Positions 37,217 to 49,689 of a stretch of DNA of 64,000 nucleotides are shown here, piece after piece. Under the pieces are notes generated by a model. That model was given only the letters and a program-made list of their open reading frames with translations. It did not search any database and was not told the origin of the DNA. How positions within the stretch are numbered: the first letter of the stretch is position 1; each line of letters starts with the position of its first letter. The DNA is from Hypanus sabinus (Eukaryota), in contig NC_082708.1 of assembly GCF_030144855.1 (NCBI RefSeq), positions 75,950,001 through 76,014,000 of the forward strand. Reading direction: 5' to 3'. The position numbers were made by a program, and so were the translations under genes.

Positions 37217-38110
37217 TTCAAGATGGCAGCACAACGCAGTTTGCAGCGGCCTCTCTGGAGTTGTTATCTGTTACTTGTCAAGCGGGGTGCAATGCACAAT
37301 CCTAATCTGATGAAAAATGGATGTGGGAGTACAGAGGAACATCTGGAAATCTCCAAGAAGCCCTTCTTTGTTGCTGTTGCTGTTGTGAGGTCCGAGTCTA
37401 TGCTGGGAAGAACAGGCCCCCAGTCCTCCGGGTCGCGTGGCCAGTGGCGGGGGCGTCATAGTGCGCTGGGCAGAGGATGGTGCTCAGAGAGGCTGTGCCG
37501 GAGGAGGTGGTCGGAGGCTCAGAGGTTTGATGGATTCGGAGTCTGCTGTGGTCGGGGCACTTTCACTGTGTGCTGCGTCTGCGAGGCTGAGTCGGGTAAT
37601 GCTGTGGAAGTCCATAGCGGAGGTATTCCCTTCTGCCGCCTGCATGGGATGACGAGACTATCGGGACCCTGAGGACTTGTGGAAACTTGTGGTTTCTTTC
37701 AAGCTCGTATTCCTTTAACATCTTTGGACTATTTTTACTGTGCCCATGGTCTTTTTTTAATCAGTTATGATATTGTTTGCACTGTTGTAACTATATGGTT
37801 TTGTGCAGGTCTTGTAGCTTTAGTTTTTGGTTTGTTGGGTGGTAGAGTTGGTCTCCTGACTTGGTGTATCTGGGTAGTCTTGTTTGTCTGGTGGGATTGG
37901 AGCTCCTTTCCGGGGAACGCGCTAAGACGGTAGCGCGATATTAGTATGCAGCAGCCTCTCCGGACTCTGGATTGGGGATTGCCAAACGTTATGTGGATTT
38001 TCTGGTGTAGTCTGTTTTGTCGTGTGCTTTTGTGATATCATTCTGGAGGAACGTTTTTTAACTGTATTGCAGTTGTGGTTTCTAAATGACAATAAACCAA
38101 AATTCAATTC
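37217..38110 (+). mobile_element. Putative non-autonomous retroelement with Rex1/Babar-like ends
   Basis: Starts TCAAGATGGC, has a CpG-rich non-coding body and ends AAATGACAATAAACCAAAATTCAATTCA; no RT motifs. Confidence 0.55.
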
Positions 38111-38584
38111 ATGTACCCGTGGTGGAGTGAATTTTAAAAAAAATTCTCTCCACTATGAAAGCCGTCGATTAACATCAGATGTGACCTTGTGAAACTCCCC
38201 CAAATGATATTGTGGATTTTGTACCAGAAGCAAAATGAATCACTGTATCCTTTCATTGAATCTGTCTTATTTTCTGTGTAGATTCCACAAATATTTGGGA
38301 ATGATGTTTCTTTCTTAGATTTGTGGTTTACAGGGAAATAATCCTATTAACATCCCTTATTCCATATCTTTGAATTGTTCAGGGTCAGGTGACATTTTTT
38401 TAAACAAAACGTTTGTTTGGGCAGGAAAATCCTTTGGTAATTAATCTTTGAAAGTTCTCCTTAGTCATCTGTCCAGAAACTCGTATAATTGGTCCTTTAA
38501 ATCCACTTGTGTCAGTTGGACTGGTTGATTTCACTGGGCAATAAAAATGCACTTCTGTTGAAAATCTGACCGACTTCTCGTGTC

Positions 38585-39085
38585 TGATCTTAATTCCCAT
38601 TCTCGTTCTGACATGTTGGTCCATGGCATGCTCCTGTGCCAAGATGAGGCCACCCTCAGGGTGGAGGAGCAACACCTTGTATTCCATCTGGGTAGCCTGC
38701 AACCTGATGGCATGAATATCGATTTCTCCTCCCAGTTTAAAAAGAAACCCCCCCCCTCCCCCATTCTCCACTCTAACATTTTACTTCTTCTCACCTGCCT
38801 GTCGCTCCTTCCTGAGTCCCCTCCTCCTTCCCATTCTCCTTTGGTCCACGCTCCTATTACATTCCTTCATATTCACCCCATTACCTTTCCTACCCACCTG
38901 GCGTCATCCATCATCTTCCAGCTAGCCTCCTTCCCCTCCTCCCACCCCACCTTTTTTATTCTGGTGTCTTCCTCCTTGCTTTCCAGTCCTGAAGAAGGGT
39001 CTTGGCCCAAAACATTGACTGTTTGTTCATTTCCATAGATGCTGCCTGACCTGAAGAGTTCCTGCAGCATTGTGTGTGTGTGTCT
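38585..39085 (+). mobile_element. Penelope-like 3' fragment
   Basis: SHSRSDMLVHGMLLCQDEATLRVEEQHLVFHLGSLQPDGMNIDFS is the GIY-YIG C-terminus, followed by the terminal CCTGAAGAAGGGTCTTGGCCCAAAAC. Confidence 0.85.
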
Positions 39086-39789
39086 GATGACTTTTTTCAC
39101 TTTTGATGCAGTTACCTTTCATAATGTATAAGGGCCTGATAAATTGTTTGTGCAGTAATTCCTAGAAGTGATATTAAACATTTTAAGGTTACATAATATA
39201 GAGCAATTCTGCTTTTGGGTACCCTAGCTTCCATTAGGAAATCTGACTCCTGATTTTTTTGTGTGGGATATTTGTGTACTTTAGCACTCTTTTTTCCCCC
39301 CTTTGCATTCTCGCCTCTTCTCCTTCCCAATGAACAAAATGGATCTGCAGCATGGTTTCAAACCTCGCTGGTCAGAGAAATCCAGCTATTCTAATAGCTT
39401 CAAAGATATGTGCAGCAAATTTGTTGAATAATCAATTTCACATGCATCAATAGAAAAAACACTGTGCTTCTTGAAGTTTATGTTTAATCACTCATTTTCT
39501 TTAGAATAGATTATTCTATAAAATATACTATATTGACTAGTCAGATACTAGGTACCTTCTATCTTCTGGGCTATATTTGTGGTTTTAAATGGGATTTTCT
39601 TTTTGCATTTTTGTCCAATTTGATTTCCACTGTCTCTTTCTCTAAGATCTAGTGCTCACTTTCTAAACTGTTGCTTGAAAACTAGTTCAGAGCAATGTTG
39701 GTAACCTGCAAGCCCTCATAGTTATTATGGCCATTGAGAGCTGTTCTCCTCCAATTCATTCTTCAAACATTTATGTTTTAAGAAAGTGG

Positions 39790-40230
39790 ATGATTCGAGA
39801 GGGTCCATGCCAATTTCCAGATCCCCCTTCCCCCTCCTAAATGAAACACTTGATCCGAGACAACTGGTGGATCTCCTTTCTGCCCTGTCATGAGCAAGCG
39901 TGTTCCTTCTGTGCTGAGACGACCCAAGCTGCGTACGATATTCCAGATGTATACTCACCAAGCTGTGTCTTCTTTGATCTTTTATTCTCCGCCCTGGCTA
40001 ATGAACGCTAACATTGTGTATGGAGCCTTAACTGCCCTATCTAACTGTGACACTGCCATTGGTGATGTAGTAAGCTGGTTTTGTCCCTCAGTGCCCTCTG
40101 GCAGCCTACCATTCCATGTTTTCCTCCCAAAATGCACTATCAGGATTAAATTATTTCTGCCGCCCCTCGACCCGACTTACCAGCTGATTATTATCCTGCA
40201 TCCTGAGACTACTACTCCCCACTATTTGTA
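39790..40230 (-). mobile_element. Degenerate CR1 fragment
   Basis: VSIHLEYRTQLGS..RRNTLAHDRAERRST (cf. VRPHLEYCVQFWS..KDI.ALERVQRRFT). Confidence 0.65.
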
Positions 40231-41810
40231 CTCCCACCCAGTGGTAGAAGGAGGGTGACAAGTTTGCAAGTCAGGATGATGTGAAACTTGGATGGCATTT
40301 TACACGAGATGATGCTATCCCATGTCTGCTGCCCGTTATCCCTGTAGGTAATGAGAACTGAGAATTGGGATGTAGTACACGATTCCTATAACAGTCTTTA
40401 GCTGCTGAAGATACTGTGTCTGAGGTGAAGGAGCTAAATGTTGAATCCTATCTGGGTTACTTTATCCTGGCACCATAGTCCATCACATTCTTGACCTGTG
40501 TCCTACAGAAGGAAGAAAAGTTTTTCAGTGTTGGGATTTAGCTTGCTTCCGATGTTCTCCAGTCTATGGCCTGCTCTTGTAGCCACATTATTCTTTTCTG
40601 TTGGCCCAGCTAAGTTTCTGGCCAGTTGCAACAGCCAAAATCCCGCCCCCCCCCCCCCCCCACCTCCTTTCCTGTATCCTGATAATGGAGAATTTATGCT
40701 TTAGGAATATGGAATGAGATAGTGGAATAATCTTCCTTGTCTTCTGCTTTGCAATATAAATTTTACTTGGAAAATAATAAATGCAGATGCTGAAAGTCTG
40801 AAATAAAGTGCAGCATTGATGGAAAGAGAGCCAGTTGATGATTTGGGTGGAAGATCTTTTACTCAGCACTTTTCAGCCCAAGACATAAATGTTATCCAGG
40901 ATATACTGCTTGTCTTATTGTTTTGAAATTTGCAAGAAGAATTGAACACATATTTGCTATCAACTATCTTTCTTTCTGACCTTGAGGGATAGGTCTTTGA
41001 ACCATTTGAGGACAAGAAAGGTTCTTCTTGCCCTTTAGCATAGTTACAGATTTCTCCATATTGTTTAATGAAGCATTATTGTAGCTGCATGGTAACAGTC
41101 GGGCTTAAGGAACACCCCTTTATCACTGTCTGGGTGTTGTTTGGACTGAGCTCTGAATGCATCCACTGTTTTTATGAGCTCCCATTATCAAATTGAACTG
41201 ACTGAAGACTGACGTCAGTGATTGTGGGGGGTGCTGAGGTGGGTTATTAAGTTGATGCCATTGACTACACCGGAGTCCCATGGGAGATATTTATGATTGG
41301 ATATGATGGACTGAAGGCATTGGACTAAATAGTTGTAGCATTTGTGCCCTTATGAAATGGAAATATCTCCACTTGTCATGCTGACAACTTTCTGAGAGTG
41401 CATTTGGAAACCGGCATATTTTTGAATTGCTAAATTATGAGTTTTGGTAAAAATATGAAAGGGGCAAGGTGGTGGGCCCTGTTTATCTGGTATTCTGTGA
41501 ATAAAACATGTAAAACCGGCATCTGCAGATTCACTTGTGTTGCTTTTAAAACGTCCTGCTGCTTTACAAGTTTATTCAGGCAAAAGATGGACATCAGTCA
41601 GTGAGGTATGAAGGACTATTTAAAGGCTTAATCAAAAAGTTATTCTTTTTCAAAGATGTGGCAGGAGAAGCGATAACAGAGCAGGGGCATTTAGGATGGG
41701 CATTGAACAGCACACAGCAAAGGTAGTTACAGACACTGGAACAAAGCAAAGGGCATGCAATAAATTTTAAAGGTGAGAGAGGAGGGGTATTAGAGTCTTG
41801 GGTTGTTATA

Positions 41811-43370
41811 CAGTGCCCTGAAAATATATTCAGCCCACACAACTGTTTTCAAATTTTTCTGTCTCATTCTCTAAATTTAAAATGTATTTTAGTTGGATTT
41901 TTGACAAGTCTGCCAAACATTGTGCATCATGTCAAATCAAAAGAAAAATTCTAAAACCTGTCAACAATTTACTAAAAGTTAAATACCAAAATTGAGGCTG
42001 ATAAGGTGTTCATCCCTTTTTTAATTATTACGCTAACTTTAATGTATTGCCTTATCAACGCACCCATTTTGTTGATGTAGAAAATTGGAAAATCACTTAA
42101 ATAAATACACCTCAGTAAGGTCCAACAGTACGGTAGATTTTCAACAGACCAAACCAAAATGAAGACAAAAGGGCGTTCAAGACAAGTCAGAGAAATGGTA
42201 ATAGAAAAGCACAAATCTGGGGAAGGAAGGGTACAAGACTCTCTCAAAGGCACTGAACATACCTCAGAGCTCAGTGCAGTCTGTTGTGAAAAAGTGGGGG
42301 GAAAATATGAACCCATAGTCACATTGCCTAGGCTCAGCTGCTCCTTTAAACTTAGTTGCCTGAGAAGAATGGCAAATGTAAAAGATGTTACTGTGATGCC
42401 AGCAGTCAATCTGAGTGAGCTGCGGAAGTCAGTGGCTGCAACTGGAGATGAAGTTCAGACTCCATAATCTAAGGCCATGCACAAAAAGGGTATTAATGGA
42501 AGAGTAGCGAGGACAAGCCCTGGCTGGGAAAAAACACATCCTTCCCCATGAAGATTTTGCAAAGCATCACTTAGAAGGTACTGTAAAGATATGGAAGGAG
42601 GTCTTGTGATCGGATGAGACGAAGTGGAACTTCTTGGCCTAACACTAAGTGGTATGTGTGGCATAAATCTAAAACTGCTTCTGCCGGGTAACGCCATCCT
42701 TGCTGTCAAATATCGTGGAGATAGCGTCATGCTATGCAGATGCTTTTCAGGAGCAGGAACTGGAAATCTGGTCAGGATTGATGGAAAATAAATGCTGCTA
42801 AATACATAGAGATCCTGGATAAAAAGCAGAAAGCTTAAACTATGGAGGTAGTTCATCTTTAGTAGGACAACAAGCCAAAGCACACCACAAGAGTAACCAT
42901 AGAGTGGCTTCATACGAAGAAAATTGATGTCCTTGAGTGGCCTAGTTAGAATCCTGGTCTTAACTCGATTGAACATCTCTGGCAAGAGCTTAATATTTCT
43001 CTCCACCACTGCTCCCCAAATAACCTGGCACAGCTTAAGCTGAAGGAATAGGAAAATCTTGCATCATCATGTTGTGCAAAGCTAATAGAGACTTGTACAA
43101 AAAGACTACTGGCTGTAATAACTGCAGGAGTGGTTCAGCTAAGCACTGAGCAAAGGGGGATGAATGAATTCTTTGAACTGGTGACATTTCAGGTTTTGAA
43201 TTTTTAAATTTTATGCTTTATAATTCCTGATTTTGGGGCTGTACTATGGGGTGGAAGAGCATGTGATTCACAAATAAAAACTCTCAGTTAAATTGATCAA
43301 AATCCCTGGTTGCAGTACTCAATTCATGTGAACAAAGGGTTGGGGGGCTGAATACTTCTACAAGGCTCTG
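41811..43370 (+). mobile_element. Tc1/mariner transposon, 1560 bp, with a pseudogenised transposase starting at 42159
   Basis: TA|CAGTGCCCTGAAAATATATTCAGCCC...GGGCTGAATACTTCTACAAGGCTCTG|TA; MKTKGRSRQVREMVIEKHKSGEG; L*SDETK; DNKPKHT; EWPS*NPGLNSIEHLW. Confidence 0.93.
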
Positions 43371-43581
43371 TAACAGGTTTCAGTACAGCAGGGTTCTGAG
43401 GTGGTGGCAAGGAACTGGGATTTGTGGGGGATCCTCAAAGATTGAAATATTTCCCTGATTTTTAGAGGATTAGCAGACTGAACGGGGCGAAGGATTGAAG
43501 GGAAGTGATGAGTGGTTATGCTTGAAGCATTTGATATGCGTATAGAGTCTTTTAGGATGTCTGTAAAGGCATTCTGTAGAA

Positions 43582-44632
43582 CAGGGGTGGGAAAACTTTT
43601 TGACTTGTGGGCCACAAAGGGTTCTAAAATTTGACAGGGGGGCCGGACCAGGAGCAGATAGACGGAGTGTTTTGGTAATACACCTCATAAGAGAAAATAA
43701 AATATCATGGGATATGTAGAAAACATGTGCTTTAATTTCAATTGAAAATGAACAAATGCATTACAACAAAATATCTGTCTTTGAAGTCCCATGGTATTTA
43801 ACTATTTATTGAAATGACTTTTAAAACATTGAAAATTAAATGAATAAAATACAGCTTTTTTAATAGTAACAGTTATTATTTTAAAGCACTGAAAATTCTG
43901 TTATCCTTCAAGATACTATCATCATCACTCTCCTCCTGCTTGTCTTTATTTCAAAAACGGTAGGAGATGCAGGTCTACTTGTCCTGCTCCTTCTTATTCA
44001 ATTATCCCCTGTGCCAAAGCTCAACAACGACCAGCACAAGGACAGAACAGTGACAGCGCGCCAGTATGCAGAGCGCGTTATTTGATCTGGAGCGCATTTT
44101 TTATTTTGAGAACGTACGTGCACCTGCGCACTACTCATGTCCATCACTTAACAGAAATGACATGTAACATGTAAGGCTTATTGAAAAAAATTATTTTCAA
44201 ATGCATTTTTTACATAACACAATGAAGAAACTTATTTTTAATTTCAGTGGGAACAGTGTTGTTGGTCTCCCTTTTTAGCCTGAGCATCAAAGTCTGGATT
44301 TAGTTTTGTTGTGGCGATTCTCAGGATGGATCTGAGGTGTTGGTCAGTTAACTTGGATCTGTGGCTGGCTTTGTTGATGTTCATGACGCTGAACGCCTGT
44401 TCACACAAATAGGTCGAGCCGAACAAAGAGTAAAGCACAAATGTGGAGTAATACGCTGCACCTCAACAAAGGTCAATGTATATAGAGTGCGTCATCTATT
44501 GGGAAAACGCCAGAATTGCGGGGAAAAAACGTTAACAAGGTTTATTAATGTAATTTCATCAAGTTCTGCGGGCCGGATTAAAAAGCTTAACGGGCCGCAT
44601 ATGGCCCGCGGGCTGTAGTTTGTCCATGCCTG
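43582..44632 (-). mobile_element. hAT (Charlie/SPIN/OC1-type) deletion derivative carrying the transposase C-terminus
   Basis: TIR CAGGGGTGGGAAAACT / AGTTTGTCCATGCCTG; TSD CTGTAGAA (43574-81) / GTGTAGAA (44633-40); ORF LFGSTYLCEQAFSVMNINK..RSKLTDQHLRSILRIATT..PD..SH. Confidence 0.92.
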
Positions 44633-44640
44633 GTGTAGAA

Positions 44641-45000
44641 GATGGGGTTGAGGGAGGGGCAATGCTAGTTAAGGATGGGGCCAAGAAGAGGTGAAGTGCT
44701 GTCTGTGATTGATAGGTAGGGATGAAACCAAGTAAGCAGAGAGCCATCAGCTAGATATAGGAGAGAAATGTTGATTTGGTCAGGAGTTTCAAAGGTTGCA
44801 GAAAATTCAAGGACAGAATTGACGACTTGTTCATAAATGCATATTATAAATGTCATTACAGCATCTAGAGTGGTGTGAGGAGTAAGATTCTTGTCTAGTT
44901 GAAAGAAACACAGATATGCGTTGACAAATGCCAATTGAAGGAAGCTGGAGCAGTGAAGGAGGACGGGTCAGTCATTGGCAAGGGAATGAGTTGAGGTCTC
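44641..45000 (-). mobile_element. Ancient L2 LINE RT remnant, probably continuing at 43373-43580 and 41600-41808
   Basis: HTTLDAV..VLEFSATFETPDQ..LLTWFHPYLS (cf. L2 HSTETAL..LLDLSAAFDTVDH..L.WF.SYLS). Confidence 0.6.
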
Positions 45001-45227
45001 TATCCTTGAGCCAAGCATGCAAAGCCAGAACACACACAGTGCTGTTTTCGGATATCTTAATTAAACTGGAATATTTTCTCTCCTGTCCTGTTTCCCATCA
45101 GATGTTATTCTGCAGATTGCCTTTCCTTGAGAGCTTTTGCAAAATTTCTGGACACGTTGTGCACTGGAAAATGGTGCGTTGTGAGGCACAAGGGAAGCAT
45201 GGTGCTCTCATCAATTGTACTTTAAAG

Positions 45228-45296
45228 CCGGGGTTCCCAACCTAGGCTCCCTCGGTTAATGGGGGTCCATGGCATAAGGAAGATTGGAAACCCCTG
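45228..45296. mobile_element. 69-bp hAT MITE
   Basis: CCGGGGTTCCCAACCT...AGATTGGAAACCCCTG; TSD CTTTAAAG (45220-27) / CTTTACAG (45297-304). Confidence 0.8.
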
Positions 45297-47359
45297 CTTT
45301 ACAGGAAGTGATGGAATTGCTTTCCACTCTCTAGATCTGGTCTGTTAATTCATTGTATGATAACAAAGCAATCCTTAATCGTTTATTAAGTCCTATAATA
45401 CTTAATTTTTATTAATAGCAGAGCCTTGTGGAAAATATGATGGGTTGCAATCTGCAGAGGAAATGTGGCCTCAGAGGACTAATGTTAGCCCTCCTAGTGC
45501 CTCAGAATTTCAGTCATTTCCATTGTTGATGGGATTGTCCAGCCTTGTTTCATTTCCTGACTTTGTTACTATGACCCTTGCTAAAGAATAATTAAAACCA
45601 TGAACCTAAAATCCACTTGTAATTATGTTGGAGATGGATTTTTCTTCATCTTGATAACAGTTCTTGTAAACTAGTCATGCTCAAAGAATACTACAGTTCA
45701 ATAAAGAATTTCTATTCATTTCACGTTTATCTACATGCTTTTTCTGAACTGCAGAACACGTTTTCCTTTGTGGAGTTTGTTCTGAATTTTACAGGGGCTC
45801 TCAGGGTTTGACTTTGGTAGTGCTGCGTTTGTGTGTGGTGTGGTTTCAAAATATTCTGTTGGGGATTTGAACTTGTGCCCCTGTGCTTTTGGGACCACCC
45901 TATCTATGTTGATCTGTAGCAAATCTTTTCACACTGCTGTAAGCAACAGCAGTTCAGGAAAAAGTTTTTTAAAAAAACAAAATATGTGGCATTTTACCAG
46001 TTTACTTGATACTGGCCAAAATCAAAAATTCTTCTTTCTGGATTTTGAATGATGACTTGATGGTTGAGTGAGTGCCTGATGTCCTTGAGAATGTTAGCAC
46101 AACTTCCTAATCCAGAGCTGGCAACTTAATTAATAACTGAATACAAAGAAATATTTAACCATTTTAACAGTGAGGAATGAAGCTGATTGGATTCGCACTA
46201 ATCTTAATTCTGCAACCTAAGTTAGATATTGTTATAAATTATTTACCAACTTCTATGTGCAGTTGTTATTTAATATGAGGAGAAGGCGAGAATGTGAAAC
46301 TGTGACAATATGTATTTCAGACTGCTAGTACAGGCCTGATTACTGTTCATGTGATTTTTATCCATTTGACATCAAGGCTTGTATTGTTTGGCGACATGGG
46401 GATTTCTGTTTGTATATTTGTGGTGTTCTACAAATAAAGTCAAGTTTTCCAGCATTTCAATCAAATGATATTAATTACCCTGTTCCACTACAATTATCTC
46501 TAGATTAGAGCAATATACTTTCTTAAAATGGCAAACTCTTTTTGTAGCGTAAGTAGAGAATATTGGGAAATCTCAGCTTATTCAGCATGTGGGGAAAGTG
46601 AGAAAATTAGGGTTTCAGACCTTGTGACCCATCACCAATTTTTTTTTAAAACACAAACTAAATAGCACTTAATCTGTTTACTTGATACTGGCCAAAATCA
46701 AAATTCTTGTTTCTGAATTTGAATGATGGTTGAGTGAGTGACTGTCTTTTCTACTTAAGGTTTATTCTTGATGGTCCTCAGAAGTCCAGATTTTAACATT
46801 TTAAAGCAACTGTCATTGCTGAGTAGGCACAAGCCTACTGAAGATATCAAATGTGGATACAGGCCAGAGCCAGGTTTTCAGAGTTGTAATCACTTTTGGC
46901 AGGATGTTAGAAATTCTGGCCATCCATAGAACTTAGGTTTGTCCAGAAAGCTTACCATTTGCTGAGGAGAGGAATGAGTGATTTACTTTGCACATTGCAG
47001 TGAATTTGGATTTGAATTAAACATGCCTCATTGTGATCGATGCACGCTTCCTTTGCTAAGAACAATTTTGCAGAGAGCCTCTGCTTTCTGACTCTTTCCT
47101 TGGTCTGCATTTGGAAAGATCTGAGAATGTGCATCCAGGAGCAGAAGTGGTAGATTCAACTAGAAATTGGATTTGTGGAATGAGAACTGGATTGAGATAC
47201 CAGCAGAAGCAACACGAATAGTGTTTAATAGCTTATTACACCTTTTGGTTTGAAGTTCTGTTGTTCTTTGTGTAGTTAGTGATTTTGCCCACCTTGTCCA
47301 CTGTCATTACAACCCAGGATGGTTTTTGTACAGTTGCATTTTAAATCTGTTTTACGTGA

Positions 47360-48210
47360 AAGTACTCGGAACAGCACTTCTGCTCATAATGTTGTGTAAA
47401 TCCACTCCATCGATCAAACCCTTTCTGCCCACACAGGCTTTAAACCTTCCTTTTTCCTTGCATCTATGTGCATATCAAAGTCTCTTAATTGTTTCTATAC
47501 TATCAGACTCTGTCTCACCCAGGCAGTGCATTGCAATGACTTGCCTTTGAGAAAACAAAAAACAAACCTACCTACCTCTCAAATCTCCTTTAAACTTTCC
47601 TCCATTCACCTTAAATAATATGTTTCCTAGCATTGACCATTGTTGCCCTGGGAATACTCTACTGGCTGTCTATTTGATCTAGGCCCCTCATAATCTTATA
47701 CATCTCTATCAAGTTGCCTCTCATCCTCCACTCAAAAGAGGCCCAAGCTGCTCATAAGATTTTCTCTAATTTAGGCAGCATCGAGGTAAACAATAAGGTG
47801 ACCAAAACTGAATATAGTATCCAGGTTTGGTGTTACCAGAATTTTATAGAGGTTCTCAAATTTAATCCCTCAACTAATGAAGGGCAAGACACCATTGCCA
47901 GCTTAATTACCCTATCAGCATGTGTGGCAACCCTTAGATATCTGTCAACCTAAGGTTGCTCTGCACTTTCTTCTCTACTGCCAAGAATCCTGCCATTAAC
48001 AGTCTGCTGTCAAGTTCAATCTTCTAAAATGTATTGCTTCATCTTTTCCAGATTGAACTGCATCTGCCATTACTCTGCCCAGGTTGCCATCCAATCTCTT
48101 ATTTTTAACCTAGGTGTCAACCTTCCACATTATCCATAACATCACCTGCTTTCGTGTAGTCTGCAAACTTTTTAACCCACCCTTCCACTTCCTTATCCAA
48201 GTCAATTATA
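47360..48210 (-). mobile_element. Degenerate CR1 3' part
   Basis: Complement of ETYKIMRGLD, QFWSP and WQMQFNL.KMKQ coding segments, and GTTTGCAGACTACACGAAA (FADxTK). Confidence 0.7.
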
Positions 48211-49689
48211 AAAAAAAATCACAAAACATCTACTTCACAAAGAAAATCATGCTCAGTACTGTTAGTGATTTCCAAAGTTTTGAAAGTCAAATGGACATTG
48301 ATCCATTTCCCATATTTTTGGCAAAAATGGCTTTAGCATCCCTATAAGTCTAACTAACTAGATAATTCATGTTGCATTAGTGATAAAGACTTTTAAGAAA
48401 TGGAACATTCGGGGAATTTACTATACTGAAAGTCCAAATCTCCTGTCAACTGATCTCCTGCTATTTAAAAATAGAGATGGCTGCAGCTTTTTGTCATTTC
48501 ACATCTGCATTAAGATACAGGCTGAACTTGTCCCTCTTCCACTTGCCTGCACTAAATACATGTAACTATAACTTGAAATATTCCTCTTAAAATTTGCAAA
48601 CCCACCTGAATGTGTGGTACAGACCAATCAAGCTGAGTACGTACAGCTAGGAGAGATCAGAGAAGTGTTGTTAGGCTGTGTGATGTAGTCTGAAGCCATT
48701 TCCTCAGAGCACTGGGAGGGTTTTTGACAGGAGGCAAAATCTGGGGCTGGAAACTTGCCTTTACTAACATAATATTAACATGTTTGTAGCAATATTTTGA
48801 GTTTCTGATATTCAGAAACATTCAAACATCCCTATGTAATTAATAAACAATTTAAATCTTTTGAGCGGAAACATTTAAATTACAGCAAGAAATAATAGAA
48901 TGCACAGAAATGGTCTTCATCTTCAAACTGTCACTGTCTATTTAAATGACCAGGATTCCAGTCCTGCACTAGGTATTGTCAGATCCCGTGTTGGTATACC
49001 ATAGAAGATGTAGATTCACCAGGGCAATGCTGGGGAATCACAGCATAAATTTCTTTTTCCCATTGGATTCCATATAGAATTCAGCGAAGGATAATGCCGG
49101 TCAATAACGTGATACAGATTTAGAACATCAGAACGTAACCTGGATTTGAATATAACGTGGGACTTGTAACAGACCCATGCAAGTCCACTACTTGCTCATC
49201 TGGGAGCAGCTGAATGCCAGAGGTTTCATTGGGAGCCACTGGCCCAAGCCAGTGCACTCTGTTCTGTTATCTTTTTTAAATTGGTGGTAAATTTATTTGG
49301 AGTTACAAGCTTGGCACGTAACCTGACCATGTAGACAGACTAAAGACGTTTTTAGTTTGGGTCACTACAGGATTGTCTTGTTGCGCTGACTGACAAGGAA
49401 ACAATCTAACTTGGGGGGGGGGGGTGTGTAGAGAAGAGTGGAAAGTTGTGAGGTGGTCCTGAGATTGTGCACTCACTGGCATTGTGTGATGTCAGTACAG
49501 CTGGCATATTGAATAGAATTTATTGCACATCTGATTGATTACAGTAGTTTGTGAGAATTTCAAGAACAGTGTACTTATACTGCTGCTTGTCTTTCAATTG
49601 ATGCCAAGAAAAATTATGTTTGCCCACCTACAAGGGAGGTAAATGGTCAGCTTACTAATGAATGTCCATTTACCTGATGCACTCGCCAG

